In this document: positions 14,101 to 28,369 of the stretch, one piece after another | Numbering within the stretch: position 1 is the first letter of the stretch | How the letters are laid out: every line of letters starts with the position of its first letter | The notes under the pieces: model-generated | The model's input: the letters and a program-made list of their open reading frames with translations, nothing else | Databases searched by the model: none | Told to the model about the DNA's origin: nothing | Program-made: the position numbers and the translations under genes | Source of the DNA: Auanema rhodensis | Taxonomy: Eukaryota; Animalia; Nematoda | Assembly: GCA_964057225.1 (NCBI GenBank) | Contig: OZ059900.1 | Span: 22,878,001-22,942,000 of the forward strand | DNA length: 64,000 bases | Reading direction: 5' to 3'

Positions 14101-17100
14101 AAATTGTTTGTACAACGTCTAGTTCCTCTTTCACGACAAAAAAACAGGGTGTTAGAAAATTAAGGAAATTAGCATATTCTGAGGGAACGCCCCTTATGGC
14201 TAATATTGATTAAATCGATTTTTGTTCATATGAGTCGTCAAATGCAACGAATTTCAGCGTGTTACATACTAAAATGAAGCATTTTACATGCTGAACACTA
14301 GAAAAATACAAAAACACAGTATTTCTCATGAGAAATATTTTATTATGCTGGAAAACCAGTTTTTGGAAATTTCGCTGTAACAAGGTTTTGACTTACGATT
14401 TCATGTGTTCATACTCATGCAATGTCAATGAAACCTAGCTCAAAATTGTTTGTACAACGTCTAGTTCCACTTTCACGACAAAAAAACAGGGGTTAGAAAA
14501 TTAAGGAAATTAGCATATTCTGAGGGCACGCCCCTTATGGCTAATATTGATTAAATCGATTTTTGTTCATATGAGTAGTCAAATGCAACGAATTTCAGCG
14601 TGTTACATACTAAAATGAAGCATTTTACATGCTGAACACTAGAAAAATACAAAAACACAGTTTTTTCCATGAGAAATATTTTATTATGCTGGAAAACCAG
14701 TTTTTGGAAATTTCGCTGTAAACAAGGTTTTGACTTACGATTTCATGTGTTCAAACTCATGCAATGTCAATGAAACCTAGCTCAAAATTGTTTGTACAAC
14801 GTCTAGTTCCACTTTCACGACAAAAAAACAGGGGTTAGAAAATTAAGGAAATTAGCATATTCTGAGGGCACGCTCCTTATGGCTAATATTGATTAAATCG
14901 ATTTTTGTTCATATGAGTCGTCAAATGCCACGAATTTCAGCGTGTTACATACTAAAATGAAGCATTTTACATGCTGAACACTAGAAAAATACAAAACCAC
15001 AGTATTTCTCATGAGAAATATTTTATTATGCTGGAAAACCAGTTTTTGGAAATTTCGCTGTAAACAAGGTTTTGACTTACGATTTCATGTGTTCAAACTC
15101 ATGCAATGTCAATGAAACCTAGCTCAAAATTGTTTGTACAACGTCTAGTTCCTCTTTCACGACAAAAAAACAGGGTGTTAGAAAATTAAGGAAATTAGCA
15201 TATTCTGAGGGAACGCCCCTTATGGCTAATATTGATTAAATCGATTTTTGTTCATATGAGTCGTCAAATGCAACGAATTTCAGCGTGTTACATACTAAAA
15301 TGAAGCATTTTACATGCTGAACACTAGAAAAATACAAAAACACAGTATTTCTCATGAGAAATATTTTATTATGCTGGAAAACCAGTTTTTGGAAATTTCG
15401 CTGTAACAAGGTTTTGACTTACGATTTCATGTGTTCATACTCATGCAATGTCAATGAAACCTAGCTCAAAATTGTTTGTACAACGTCTAGTTCCACTTTC
15501 ACGACAAAAAAACAGGGGTTAGAAAATTAAGGAAATTAGCATATTCTGAGGGCACGCCCCTTATGGCTAATATTGATTAAATCGATTTTTGTTCATATGA
15601 GTCGTCAAATGCAACGAATTTCAGCGTGTTACATACTAAAATGAAGCATTTTACATGCTGAACACTAGAAAAATACAAAAACACAGTATTTCTCATGAGA
15701 AATATTTTATTATGCTGGAAAACCAGTTTTTGGAAATTTCGCTGTAACAAGGTTTTGACTTACGATTTCATGTGTTCAAACTCATGCAATGTCAATGAAA
15801 CCTAGCTCAAAATTGTTTGTACAACGTCTAGTTCCACTTTCACGACAAAAAAACAGGGGTTAGAAAATTAAGGAAATTAGCATATTCTGAGGGCACGCCC
15901 CTTATGGCTAATATTGATTAAATCGATTTTTGTTCATATGAGTCGTCAAATGCAACGAATTTCAGCGTTTTACATACTAAAATGAAGCATTTTACATGCT
16001 GAACACTAGAAAAATACAAAAACACAGTATTTCTCATGAGAAATATTTTATTATGCTGGAAAACCAGTTTTTGGAAATTTCGCTGTAAACAAGGTTTTGA
16101 CTTACGATTTCATGTGTTCAAACTCATGCAATGTCAATGAAACCTAGCTCAAAATTGTTTGTACAACGTCTAGTTCCACTTTCACGACAAAAAAACAGGG
16201 GTTAGAAAATTAAGGAAATTAGCATATTCTGAGGGCACGCCCCTTATGGCTAATATTGATTAAATCGATTTTTGTTCATATGAGTAGTCAAATGCAACGA
16301 ATTTCAGCGTGTTACATACTAAAATGAAGCATTTTACATGCTGAACACTAGAAAAATACAAAAACACAGTTTTTCCCATGAGAAATATTTTATTATGCTG
16401 GAAAACCAGTTTTTGGAAATTTCGCTGTAAACAAGGTTTTGACTTACGATTTCATGTGTTCAAACTCATGCAATGTCAATGAAACCTAGCTCAAAATTGT
16501 TTGTACAACGTCTAGTTCCACTTTCACGACAAAAAAACAAGGGTTAGAAAATTAAGGAAATTAGCATATTCTGAGGGCACGCCCCTTATGGCTAATATTG
16601 ATTAAATCGATTTTTGTTCATATGAGTCGTCAAATGCAACGAATTTCAGCGTGTTACATACTAAAATGAAGCATTTTACATGCTGAACACTAGAAAAATA
16701 CAAAAACACAGTATTTCTCATGAGAAATATTTTATTATGCTGGAAAACCAGTTTTTGGAAATTTCGCTGTAAACAAGGTTTTGACTTACGATTTCATGTG
16801 TTCAAACTCATGCAATGTCAATGAAACCTAGCTCAAAATTGTTTGTACAACGTCTAGTTCCACTTTCACGACAAAAAAACAGGGGTTAGAAAATTAAGGA
16901 AATTAGCATATTCTGAGGGCACGCCCCTTATGGCTAATATTGATTAAATCGATTTTTGTTCATATGAGTAGTCAAATGCAACGAATTTCAGCGTGTTACA
17001 TACTAAAATGAAGCATTTTACATGCTGAACACTAGAAAAATACAAAAACACAGTTTTTTCCATGAGAAATATTTTATTATGCTGGAAAACCAGTTTTTGG

Positions 17101-20100
17101 AAATTTCGCTGTAAACAAGGTTTTGACTTACGATTTCATGTGTTCAAACTCATGCAATGTCAATGAAACCTAGCTCAAAATTGTTTGTACAACGTCTAGT
17201 TCCACTTTCACGACAAAAAAACAGGGGTTAGAAAATTAAGGAAATTAGCATATTCTGAGGGCACGCTCCTTATGGCTAATATTGATTAAATCGATTTTTG
17301 TTCATATGAATCGTCAAATGCCACGAATTTCAGCGTGTTACATACTAAAATGAAGCATTTTACATGCTGAACACTAGAAAAATACAAAACCACAGTATTT
17401 CTCATGAGAAATATTTTATTATGCTGGAAAACCAGTTTTTGGAAATTTCGCTGTAAACAAGGTTTTGACTTACGATTTCATGTGTTCAAACTCATGCAAT
17501 GTCAATGAAACCTAGCTCAAAATTGTTTGTACAACGTCTAGTTCCTCTTTCACGACAAAAAAACAGGGTGTTAGAAAATTAAGGAAATTAGCATATTCTG
17601 AGGGAACGCCCCTTATGGCTAATATTGATTAAATCGATTTTTGTTCATATGAGTCGTCAAATGCAACGAATTTCAGCGTGTTACATACTAAAATGAAACA
17701 TTTTACATGCTGAACACTAGAAAAATACAAAAACACAGTATTTCTCATGAGAAATATTTTATTATGCTGGAAAACCAGTTTTTGGAAATTTCGCTGTAAA
17801 CAAGGTTTTGACTTACGATTTCATGTGTTCAAACTCATGCAATGTCAATGAAACCTAGCTCAAAATTGTTTGTACAACGTCTAGTTCCACTTTCACGACA
17901 AAAAAACAGGGGTTAGAAAATTAAGGAAATTAGCATATTCTGAGGGCACGCCCCTTATGGCTAATATTGATTAAATCGATTTTTGTTCATATCAGTCGTC
18001 AAATGCAACGAATTTCAGCGTGTTACAAACTAAAATGAAGCATTTTACATGCTGAACACTAGAAAAATACAAAACTACAGTATTTCCCATGAGAAATATT
18101 TTATTATGCTGGAAAACCAGTTTTTGGAAATTTCGCTGTAAACAAGGTTTTGACTTACGATTTCATGTGTTCAAACTCATGCAATGTCAATGAAACCTAG
18201 CTCAAAATTGTTTGTACAACGTCTAGTTCCACTTTCACGACAAAAAAACAAGGGTTAGAAAATTAAGGAAATTAGCATATTCTGAGGGCACGCCCCTTAT
18301 GGCTAATATTGATTAAATCGATTTTTGTTCATATGAGTAGTCAAATGCAACGAATTTCAGCGTGTTACATACTAAAATGAAGCATTTTACATGCTGAACA
18401 CTAGAAAAATACAAAAACACAGTATTTCCCATGAGAAATATTTTATTATGCTGGAAAACCAGTTTTTGGAAATTTCGCTGTAAACAAGGTTTGATATACG
18501 ATTTCATGTGTTCAAACTCATGCAATGTCAATGAAACCTAGCTCAAAATTGTTCGTACAACGTCTAGTTCCACTTTCACGACAAAAAAACAGGGGTTAGA
18601 AAATTTAGGAAATTAGCATATTCTGAGGGCACGCCCCTTATGGCTAATATTGATTAAATCGATTTTTGTTCATATGAGTCGTCAAATGCAACGAATTTCA
18701 GCGTGTTACATACTTAAATGAAGTATTTTACATGCTGAACACTAGAAAAATACAAAAACACAGTATTTCCCAAGAGAAATATTTTATTATGCTGGAAAAC
18801 CAGTTTTTGGAAATTTCGCTGTAAACAAGGTTTTGACTTACGATTTCATGTGTTCAAACTCATGCAATGTCAATGAAACCTAGCTCAAAATTGTTCCTAC
18901 AACGTCTAGTTCCACTTTCACGACAAAAAACAGGGGTTAGAAAATTAAGGAAATTAGCATATTCTGAGGGCACGCCCCTTATGGCTAATATTGATTAAAT
19001 CGATTTTTGTTCATATGAGTAGTCAAATGCAACGAATTTCAGCGTGTTACATACTAAAATGAAGCATTTTACATGCTGAACACTAGAAAAATACAAAAAC
19101 ACAGTTTTTCCCATGAGAAATATTTTATTATGCTGGAAAACCAGTTTTTGGAAATTTCGCTGTAAACAAGGTTTTGACTTACGATTTCATGTGTTCAAAC
19201 TCATGCAATGTCAATGAAACCTAGCTCAAAATTGTTTGTACAACGTCTAGTTCCACTTTCACGACAAAAATACAAGGGTTAGAAAATTAAGGAAATTAGC
19301 ATATTCTGAGGGCACGCCCCTTATGGCTAATATTGATTAAATCGATTTTTGTTCATATGAGTCGTCAAATGCAACGAATTTCAGCGTGTTACATACTTAA
19401 ATGAAGTATTTTACATGCTGAACACTAGAAAAATACAAAAACACAGTATTTCCCAAGAGAAATATTTTATTATGCTGGAAAACCAGTTTTTGGAAATTTC
19501 GCTGTAAACAAGGTTTTGACTTACGATTTCATGTGTTCAAACTCATGCAATGTCAATGAAACCTAGCTCAAAATTGTTCCTACAACGTCTAGTTCCACTT
19601 TCACGACAAAAAACAGGGGTTAGAAAATTAAGGAAATTAGCATATTCTGAGGGCACGCCCCTTATGGCTAATATTGATTAAATCGATTTTTGTTCATATG
19701 AGTAGTCAAATGCAACGAATTTCAGCGTGTTACATACTAAAATGAAGCATTTTACATGCTGAACACTAGAAAAATACAAAAACACAGTTTTTCCCATGAG
19801 AAATATTTTATTATGCTGGAAAACCAGTTTTTGGAAATTTCGCTGTAAACAAGGTTTTGACTTACGATTTCATGTGTTCAAACTCATGCAATGTCAATGA
19901 AACCTAGCTCAAAATTGTTTGTACAACGTCTAGTTCCACTTTCACGACAAAAAAACAGGGGTTAGAAAATTTAGGAAATTAGCATATTCTGAGGGCACGC
20001 CCCTTATGGCTAATATTGATTAAATCGATTTTTGTTCATATGAGTCGTCAAATGCAACGAATTTCAGCGTGTTACATACTTAAATGAAGTATTTTACATG

Positions 20101-22220
20101 CTGAACACTAGAAAAATACAAAAACACAGTATTTCCCAAGAGAAATATTTTATTATGCTGGAAAACCAGTTTTTGGAAATTTCGCTGTAAACAAGGTTTT
20201 GACTTACGATTTCATGTGTTCAAACTCATGCAATGTCAATGAAACCTAGCTCAAAATTGTTCCTACAACGTCTAGTTCCACTTTCACGACAAAAAACAGG
20301 GGTTAGAAAATTAAGGAAATTAGCATATTCTGAGGGCACGCCCCTTATGGCTAATATTGATTAAATCGATTTTTGTTCATATGAGTAGTCAAATGCAACG
20401 AATTTCAGCGTGTTACATACTAAAATGAAGCATTTTACATGCTGAACACTAGAAAAATACAAAAACACAGTTTTTCCCATGAGAAATATTTTATTATGCT
20501 GGAAAACCAGTTTTTGGAAATTTCGCTGTAAACAAGGTTTTGACTTACGATTTCATGTGTTCAAACTCATGCAATGTCAATGAAACCTAGCTCAAAATTG
20601 TTTGTACAACGTCTAGTTCCACTTTCACGACAAAAATACAAGGGTTAGAAAATTAAGGAAATTAGCATATTCTGAGGGCACGCCCCTTATGGCTAATATT
20701 GATTAAATCGATTTTTGTTCATATGAGTCGTCAAATGCAACGAATTTCAGCGTGTTACATACTAAAATGAAGCATTTTACATGCTGAACACTAGAAAAAT
20801 ACAAAAACACAGTATTTCTCATGAGAAATATTTTATTATGCTGGAAAACCAGTTTTTGGAAAATTCGCTGTAAACAAGGTTTTGACTTACGATTTCATGT
20901 GTTCAAACTCATGCAATGTCAATGAAACCTAGCTCAAAATTGTTTGTACAACGTCTAGTTCCACTTTCACGACAAAAAAACAGGGGTTAGAAAATTAAGG
21001 AAATTAGCATATTCTGAGGGCACGCCCCTTATGGCTAATATTGATTAAATCGATTTTTGTTCATATGAGTAGTCAAATGCAACGAATTTCAGCGTGTTAC
21101 ATACTAAAATGAAGCATTTTACATGCTGAACACTAGAAAAATACAAAAACACAGTTTTTTCCATGAGAAATATTTTATTATGCTGGAAAACCAGTTTTTG
21201 GAAATTTCGCTGTAAACAAGGTTTTGACTTACGATTTCATGTGTTCAAACTCATGCAATGTCAATGAAACCTAGCTCAAAATTGTTTGTACAACGTCTAG
21301 TTCCACTTTCACGACAAAAAAACAGGGGTTAGAAAATTAAGGAAATTAGCATATTCTGAGGGCACGCTCCTTATGGCTAATATTGATTAAATCGATTTTT
21401 GTTCATATGAGTCGTCAAATGCCACGAATTTCAGCGTGTTACATACTAAAATGAAGCATTTTACATGCTGAACACTAGAAAAATACAAAACCACAGTATT
21501 TCTCATGAGAAATATTTTATTATGCTGGAAAACCAGTTTTTGGAAATTTCGCTGTAAACAAGGTTTTGACTTACGATTTCATGTGTTCAAACTCATGCAA
21601 TGTCAATGAAACCTAGCTCAAAATTGTTTGTACAACGTCTAGTTCCTCTTTCACGACAAAAAAACAGGGTGTTAGAAAATTAAGGAAATTAGCATATTCT
21701 GAGGGAACGCCCCTTATGGCTAATATTGATTAAATCGATTTTTGTTCATATGAGTCGTCAAATGCAACGAATTTCAGCGTGTTACATACTAAAATGAAGC
21801 ATTTTACATGCTGAACACTAGAAAAATACAAAAACACAGTATTTCTCATGAGAAATATTTTATTATGCTGGAAAACCAGTTTTTGGAAATTTCGCTGTAA
21901 ACAAGGTTTTGACTTACGATTTCATGTGTTCAAACTCATGCAATGTCAATGAAACCTAGCTCAAAATTGTTTGTACAACGTCTAGTTCCACTTTCACGAC
22001 AAAAAAACAGGGGTTAGAAAATTAAGGAAATTAGCATATTCTGAGGGCACGCCCCTTATGGCTAATATTGATTAAATCGATTTTTGTTCATATCAGTCGT
22101 CAAATGCAACGAATTTCAGCGTGTTACAAACTAAAATGAAGCATTTTACATGCTGAACACTAGAAAAATACAAAACTACAGTATTTCCCATGAGAAATAT
22201 TTTATTATGCTGGAAAACCA
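8200..22220. repeat. Domain with imperfect 12-monomer (about 4.1 kb) duplications
   Basis: ctatct at 8621/12725 (4104 bp); cctct marker at 10021/14125 and 11047/15151 (4104 bp) and 17544/21645 (4101 bp); atcagtcg at 17991/22092 (4101 bp). Boundaries are approximate and the duplicated blocks are partial. Confidence 0.75.
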
Positions 22221-24609
22221 GTTTTTGGAAATTTCGCTGTAAACAAGGTTTTGACTTACGATTTCATGTGTTCAAACTCATGCAATGTCAATGAAACCTA
22301 GCTCAAAATTGTTTGTACAACGTCTAGTTCCACTTTCACGACAAAAAAACAAGGGTTAGAAAATTAAGGAAATTAGCATATTCTGAGGGCACGCCCCTTA
22401 TGGCTAATATTGATTAAATCGATTTTTGTTCATATGAGTCGTCAAATGCAACGAATTTCAGCGTGTTACATACTAAAATGAAGCATTTCACATGCTGAAC
22501 ACTAGAAAAATACAAAAACACAGTATTTCCCATGAGAAATATTTTATTATGCTGGAAAACCAGTTTTTGGAAATTTCGCTGTAAACAAGGTTTTGACTTA
22601 CGATTTCATGTGTTCAAACTCATGCAATGTCAATGAAACCTAGCTCAAAATTGTTTGTACAACGTCTAGTTCCACTTTCACGACAAAAAAACAGGGGTTA
22701 GAAAATTAAGGAAATTAGCATATTCTGAGGGCACGCCCCTTATGGCTAATATTGATTTAAACGATTTTTGTTCATATGAGTCGTCAAATGCAACGAATTT
22801 CAGCGTGTTACATACTAAAATGAAGCATTTTACATGCTGAACACTAGAAAAATACAAAAACACAGTATTTCCCATGAGAAATATTTTATTATGCTGGAAA
22901 ACCAGTTTTTGGAAATTTCGCTGTAAACAAGGTTTGATATACGATTTCATGTGTTCAAACTCATGCAATGTCAATGAAACCTAGCTCAAAATTGTTCGTA
23001 CAACGTCTAGTTCCACTTTCACGACAAAAAAACAGGGGTTAGAAAATTTAGGAAATTAGCATATTCTGAGGGCACGCCCCTTATGGCTAATATTGATTAA
23101 ATCGATTTTTGTTCATATGAGTCGTCAAATGCAACGAATTTCAGCGTGTTACATACTTAAATGAAGTATTTTACATGCTGAACACTAGAAAAATACAAAA
23201 ACACAGTATTTCCCAAGAGAAATATTTTATTATGCTGGAAAACCAGTTTTTGGAAATTTCGCTGTAAACAAGGTTTTGACTTACGATTTCATGTGTTCAA
23301 ACTCATGCAATGTCAATGAAACCTAGCTCAAAATTGTTCCTACAACGTCTAGTTCCACTTTCACGACAAAAAACAGGGGTTAGAAAATTAAGGAAATTAG
23401 CATATTCTGAGGGCACGCTCCTTATGGCTAATATTGATTAAATCGATTTTTGTTCATATGAGTCGTCAAATGCAACGAATTTCAGCGTGTTACATACTAA
23501 AATGAAGCATTTTACATGCTGAACACTAGAAAAATACAAAAACACAGTATTTCTCATGAGAAATATTTTATTATGCTGGAAAACCAGTTTTTGGAAATTT
23601 CGCTGTAAACAAGGTTTTGACTTACGATTTCATGTGTTCAAACTCATGCAATGTCAATGAAACCTAGCTCAAAATTGTTTGTACATTGTCTAGTTCCACT
23701 TTCACGACAAAAAAACAAGGGTTAGAAAATTAAGGAAATTAGCATATTCTGAGGGCACGCCCCTTATGGCTAATATTGATTAAATCGATTTTTGTTCATA
23801 TGAGTAGTCAAATGCAACGAATTTCAGCGTGTTACATACTAAAATGAAGCATTTTACATGCTGAACACTAGAAAAATACAAAAACACAGTATTTCCCATG
23901 AGAAATATTTTATTATGCTGGAAAACCAGTTTTTGGAAATTTCGCTGTAAACAAGGTTTGATATACGATTTCATGTGTTCAAACTCATGCAATGTCAATG
24001 AAACCTAGCTCAAAATTGTTCGTACAACGTCTAGTTCCACTTTCACGACAAAAAAACAGGGGTTAGAAAATTTAGGAAATTAGCATATTCTGAGGGCACG
24101 CCCCTTATGGCTAATATTGATTAAATCGATTTTTGTTCATATGAGTCGTCAAATGCAACGAATTTCAGCGTGTTACATACTTAAATGAAGTATTTTACAT
24201 GCTGAACACTAGAAAAATACAAAAACACAGTATTTCCCAAGAGAAATATTTTATTATGCTGGAAAACCAGTTTTTGGAAATTTCGTTGTAAACAAGGTTT
24301 TGACTTACGATTTCATGTGTTCAAACTCATGCAATGTCAATGAAACCTAGCTCAAAATTGTTCCTACAACGTCTAGTTCCACTTTCACGACAAAAAACAG
24401 GGGTTAGAAAATTAAGGAAATTAGCATATTCTGAGGGCACGCTCCTTATGGCTAATATTGATTAAATCGATTTTTGTTCATATGAGTCGTCAAATGCAAC
24501 GAATTTCAGCGTGTTACATACTAAAATGAAGCATTTTACATGCTGAACACTAGAAAAATACAAAAACACAGTTTTTCCCATGAGAAATATTTTATTATGC
24601 TGGAAAACC

Positions 24610-27600
24610 AGTTTTTGGAAATTTCGCTGTAAACAAGGTTTTGACTTACGATTTCATGTGTTCAAACTCTTGCAATGTCAATGAAACCTAGCTCAAAATT
24701 GTTCCTACAACGTCTAGTTCCACTTTCACGACAAAAAACAGGGGTTAGAAAATTAAGGAAATTAGCATATTCTGAGGGCACGCCCCTTATGGCTAATATT
24801 GATTAAATCGATTTTTGTTCATATGAGTCGTCAAATGCAACGAATTTCAGCGTGTTACATACTAAAATGAAGTATTTTACATGCTGAACACTAGAAAAAT
24901 ACAAAAACACAGTATTTCTCATGAGAAATATTTTATTATGCTGGAAAACCAGTTTTTGGAAATTTCGCTGTAAACAAGGTTTTGACTTACGATTTCATGT
25001 GTTCAAACTCATGCAATGTCAATGAAACCTAGCTCAAAATTGTTTGTACAACGTCTAGTTCCACTTTCACGACAAAAAAACAGGGGTTAGAAAATTAAGG
25101 AAATTAGCATATTCTGAGGGCACGCCCCTTATGGCTAATATTGATTAAATCGATTTTTGTTCATATGAGTCGTCAAATGCAACGAATTTCAGTGTGTTAC
25201 ATACCAAAATGAAGCATTTTACATGCTGAACACTAGAAAAACACAAAAACACAGTATTTCCCATGAGAAATATTTTATTATGCTGGAAAACCAGTTTTTG
25301 GAAATTTCGCTGTAAACAAGGTTTTGACTTACGATTTCATGTGTTCAAACTCATGCAATGTCAATGAAACCTAGCTCAAAATTGTTCCTACAACGTTTAG
25401 TTCCACTTTCACGACAAAAAACAGGGGTTAGAAAATTAAGGAAATTAGCATATTCTGAGGGCACGCCCCTTATGGCTAATATTGATTAAATCGATTTTTG
25501 TTCATATGAGTCGTCAAATGCAACGAATTTCAGCGTGTTACATACTACAATGAAGCATTTTACATGCTGAACACTAGAAAAATACAAAAACACAGTATTT
25601 CTCATGAGAAATATTTTATTATGCTGGAAAACCAGTTTTTGGAAATTTCGCTGTAAACAAGGTTTTGACTTACGATTTCATGTGTTCAAACTCATGCAAT
25701 GTCAATGAAACCTAGCTCAAAATTGTTTGTACAACGTCTAGTTCCACTTTCACGACAAAAAAACAGGGGTTAGAAAATTAAGGAAATTAGCATATTCTGA
25801 GGGCACGCCCCTTATGGCTAATATTGATTTAAACGATTTTTGTTCATATGAGTCGTCAAATGCAACGAATTTCAGCGTGTTACATACTAAAATGAAGCAT
25901 TTCACATGCTGAACACTAGAAAAATACAAAAACACAGTATTTCCCATGAGAAATATTTTATTATGCTGGAAAAACAGTTTTTGGAAATTTCGCTGTAAAC
26001 AAGGTTTTGACTTACGATTTCATGTGTTCAAACTCATGCAATGTCAATGAAACCTAGCTCAAAATTGTTCCTACAACGTCTAGTTCCACTTTCACGACAA
26101 AAAACAGGGGTTAGAAAATTAAGGAAATTAGCATATTCTGAGGGCACGCTCCTTATGGCTAATATTGATTAAATCGATTTTTGTTCATATGAGTCGTCAA
26201 ATGCAACGAATTTCAGCGTGTTACATACTAAAATGAAGCATTTTACATGCTGAACACTAAAAAAATACAAAAACACAGTATTTCCCATGAGAAATATTTT
26301 ATTATGCTGGAAAACCAGTTTTTGGAAATTTCGCTGTAAACAAGGTTTTGACTTACGATTTCATATGTTCAAACTCATGCAATGTCAATGAAACCTAGCT
26401 CAAAATTGTTTGTACAACGTCTAGTTCCACTTTCACGACAAAAAAACAGGGGTTAGAAAATTAAGGAAATTAGCATATTCTGAGGGCACGCCCCTTATGG
26501 CTAATATTGATTAAATCGATTTTTGTTCATATGAGTCGTCAAATGCAACGAATTTCAGCGTGTTACATACTAAAATGAAGCATTTTACATGCTGAACACT
26601 AGAAAAATACAAAAACACAGTTTTTCCCATGAGAAATATTTTATTATGCTGGAAAACCAGTTTTTGGAAATTTCGCTGTAAACAAGGTTTTGACTTACGA
26701 TTTCATGTGTTCAAACTCTTGCAATGTCAATGAAACCTAGCTCAAAATTGTTCCTACAACGTCTAGTTCCACTTTCACGACAAAAAACAGGGGTTAGAAA
26801 ATTAAGGAAATTAGCATATTCTGAGGGCACGCCCCTTATGGCTAATATTGATTAAATCGATTTTTGTTCATATGAGTCGTCAAATGCAACGAATTTCAGC
26901 GTGTTACATACTAAAATGAAGTATTTTACATGCTGAACACTAGAAAAATACAAAAACACAGTATTTCTCATGAGAAATATTTTATTATGCTGGAAAACCA
27001 GTTTTTGGAAATTTCGCTGTAAACAAGGTTTTGACTTACGATTTCATGTGTTCAAACTCATGCAATGTCAATGAAACCTAGCTCAAAATTGTTTGTACAA
27101 CGTCTAGTTCCACTTTCACGACAAAAAAACAGGGGTTAGAAAATTAAGGAAATTAGCATATTCTGAGGGCACGCCCCTTATGGCTAATATTGATTAAATC
27201 GATTTTTGTTCATATGAGTCGTCAAATGCAACGAATTTCAGTGTGTTACATACCAAAATGAAGCATTTTACATGCTGAACACTAGAAAAACACAAAAACA
27301 CAGTATTTCCCATGAGAAATATTTTATTATGCTGGAAAACCAGTTTTTGGAAATTTCGCTGTAAACAAGGTTTTGACTTACGATTTCATGTGTTCAAACT
27401 CATGCAATGTCAATGAAACCTAGCTCAAAATTGTTCCTACAACGTTTAGTTCCACTTTCACGACAAAAAACAGGGGTTAGAAAATTAAGGAAATTAGCAT
27501 ATTCTGAGGGCACGCCCCTTATGGCTAATATTGATTAAATCGATTTTTGTTCATATGAGTCGTCAAATGCAACGAATTTCAGCGTGTTACATACTAAAAT

Positions 27601-27680
27601 GAAGCATTTTACATGCTGAACACTAGAAAAATACAAAAACACAGTATTTCTCATGAGAAATATTTTATTATGCTGGAAAA
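24610..27680. repeat. Block of about 3 monomers duplicated at a 6-monomer offset (2049 bp)
   Basis: tcaaactctt at 24662/26711, followed in both copies by cagtgtgttacatacc, aaaaacacaaaa and caacgtttag variants. Confidence 0.8.
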
Positions 27681-28369
27681 CCAGTTTTTGGAAATTTCGC
27701 TGTAAACAAGGTTTTGACTTACGATTTCATGTGTTCAAACTCATGCAATGTCAATGAAACCTAGCTCAAAATTGTTTGTACAACGTCTAGTTCCACTTTC
27801 ACGACAAAAAAACAGGGGTTAGAAAATTTAGGAAATTAGCATATTCTGAGGGCACGCCCCTTATGGCTAATATTGATTAAATCGATTTTTGTTCATATGA
27901 GTCGTCAAATGCAACGAATTTTAGCGTGTTACATACTTAAATGAAGTATTTTACATGCTGAACACTAGAAAAATACAAAAACACAGTATTTCCCATGAGA
28001 AATATTTTATTATGCTGGAAAACCAGTTTTTGGAAATTTCGCTGTAAACAAGGTTTTGACTTACGATTTCATGTGTTCAAACTCATGCAATGTCAATGAA
28101 ACCTAGCTCAAAATTGTTTGTACAACGTCTAGTTCCACTTTCACGACAAAAAAACAGGGGTTAGAAAATTAAGGAAATTAGCATATTCTGAGGGCACGCC
28201 CCTTATGGCTAATATTGATTAAATCGATTTTTGTTCATATGAGTCGTCAAATGCAACGAATTTCAGCGTGTTACATACTTAAATGAAGTATTTTACATGC
28301 TGAACACTAGAAAAATACAAAAACACAGTATTTCCCATGAGAAATATTTTATTATGCTGGAAAACCAGT

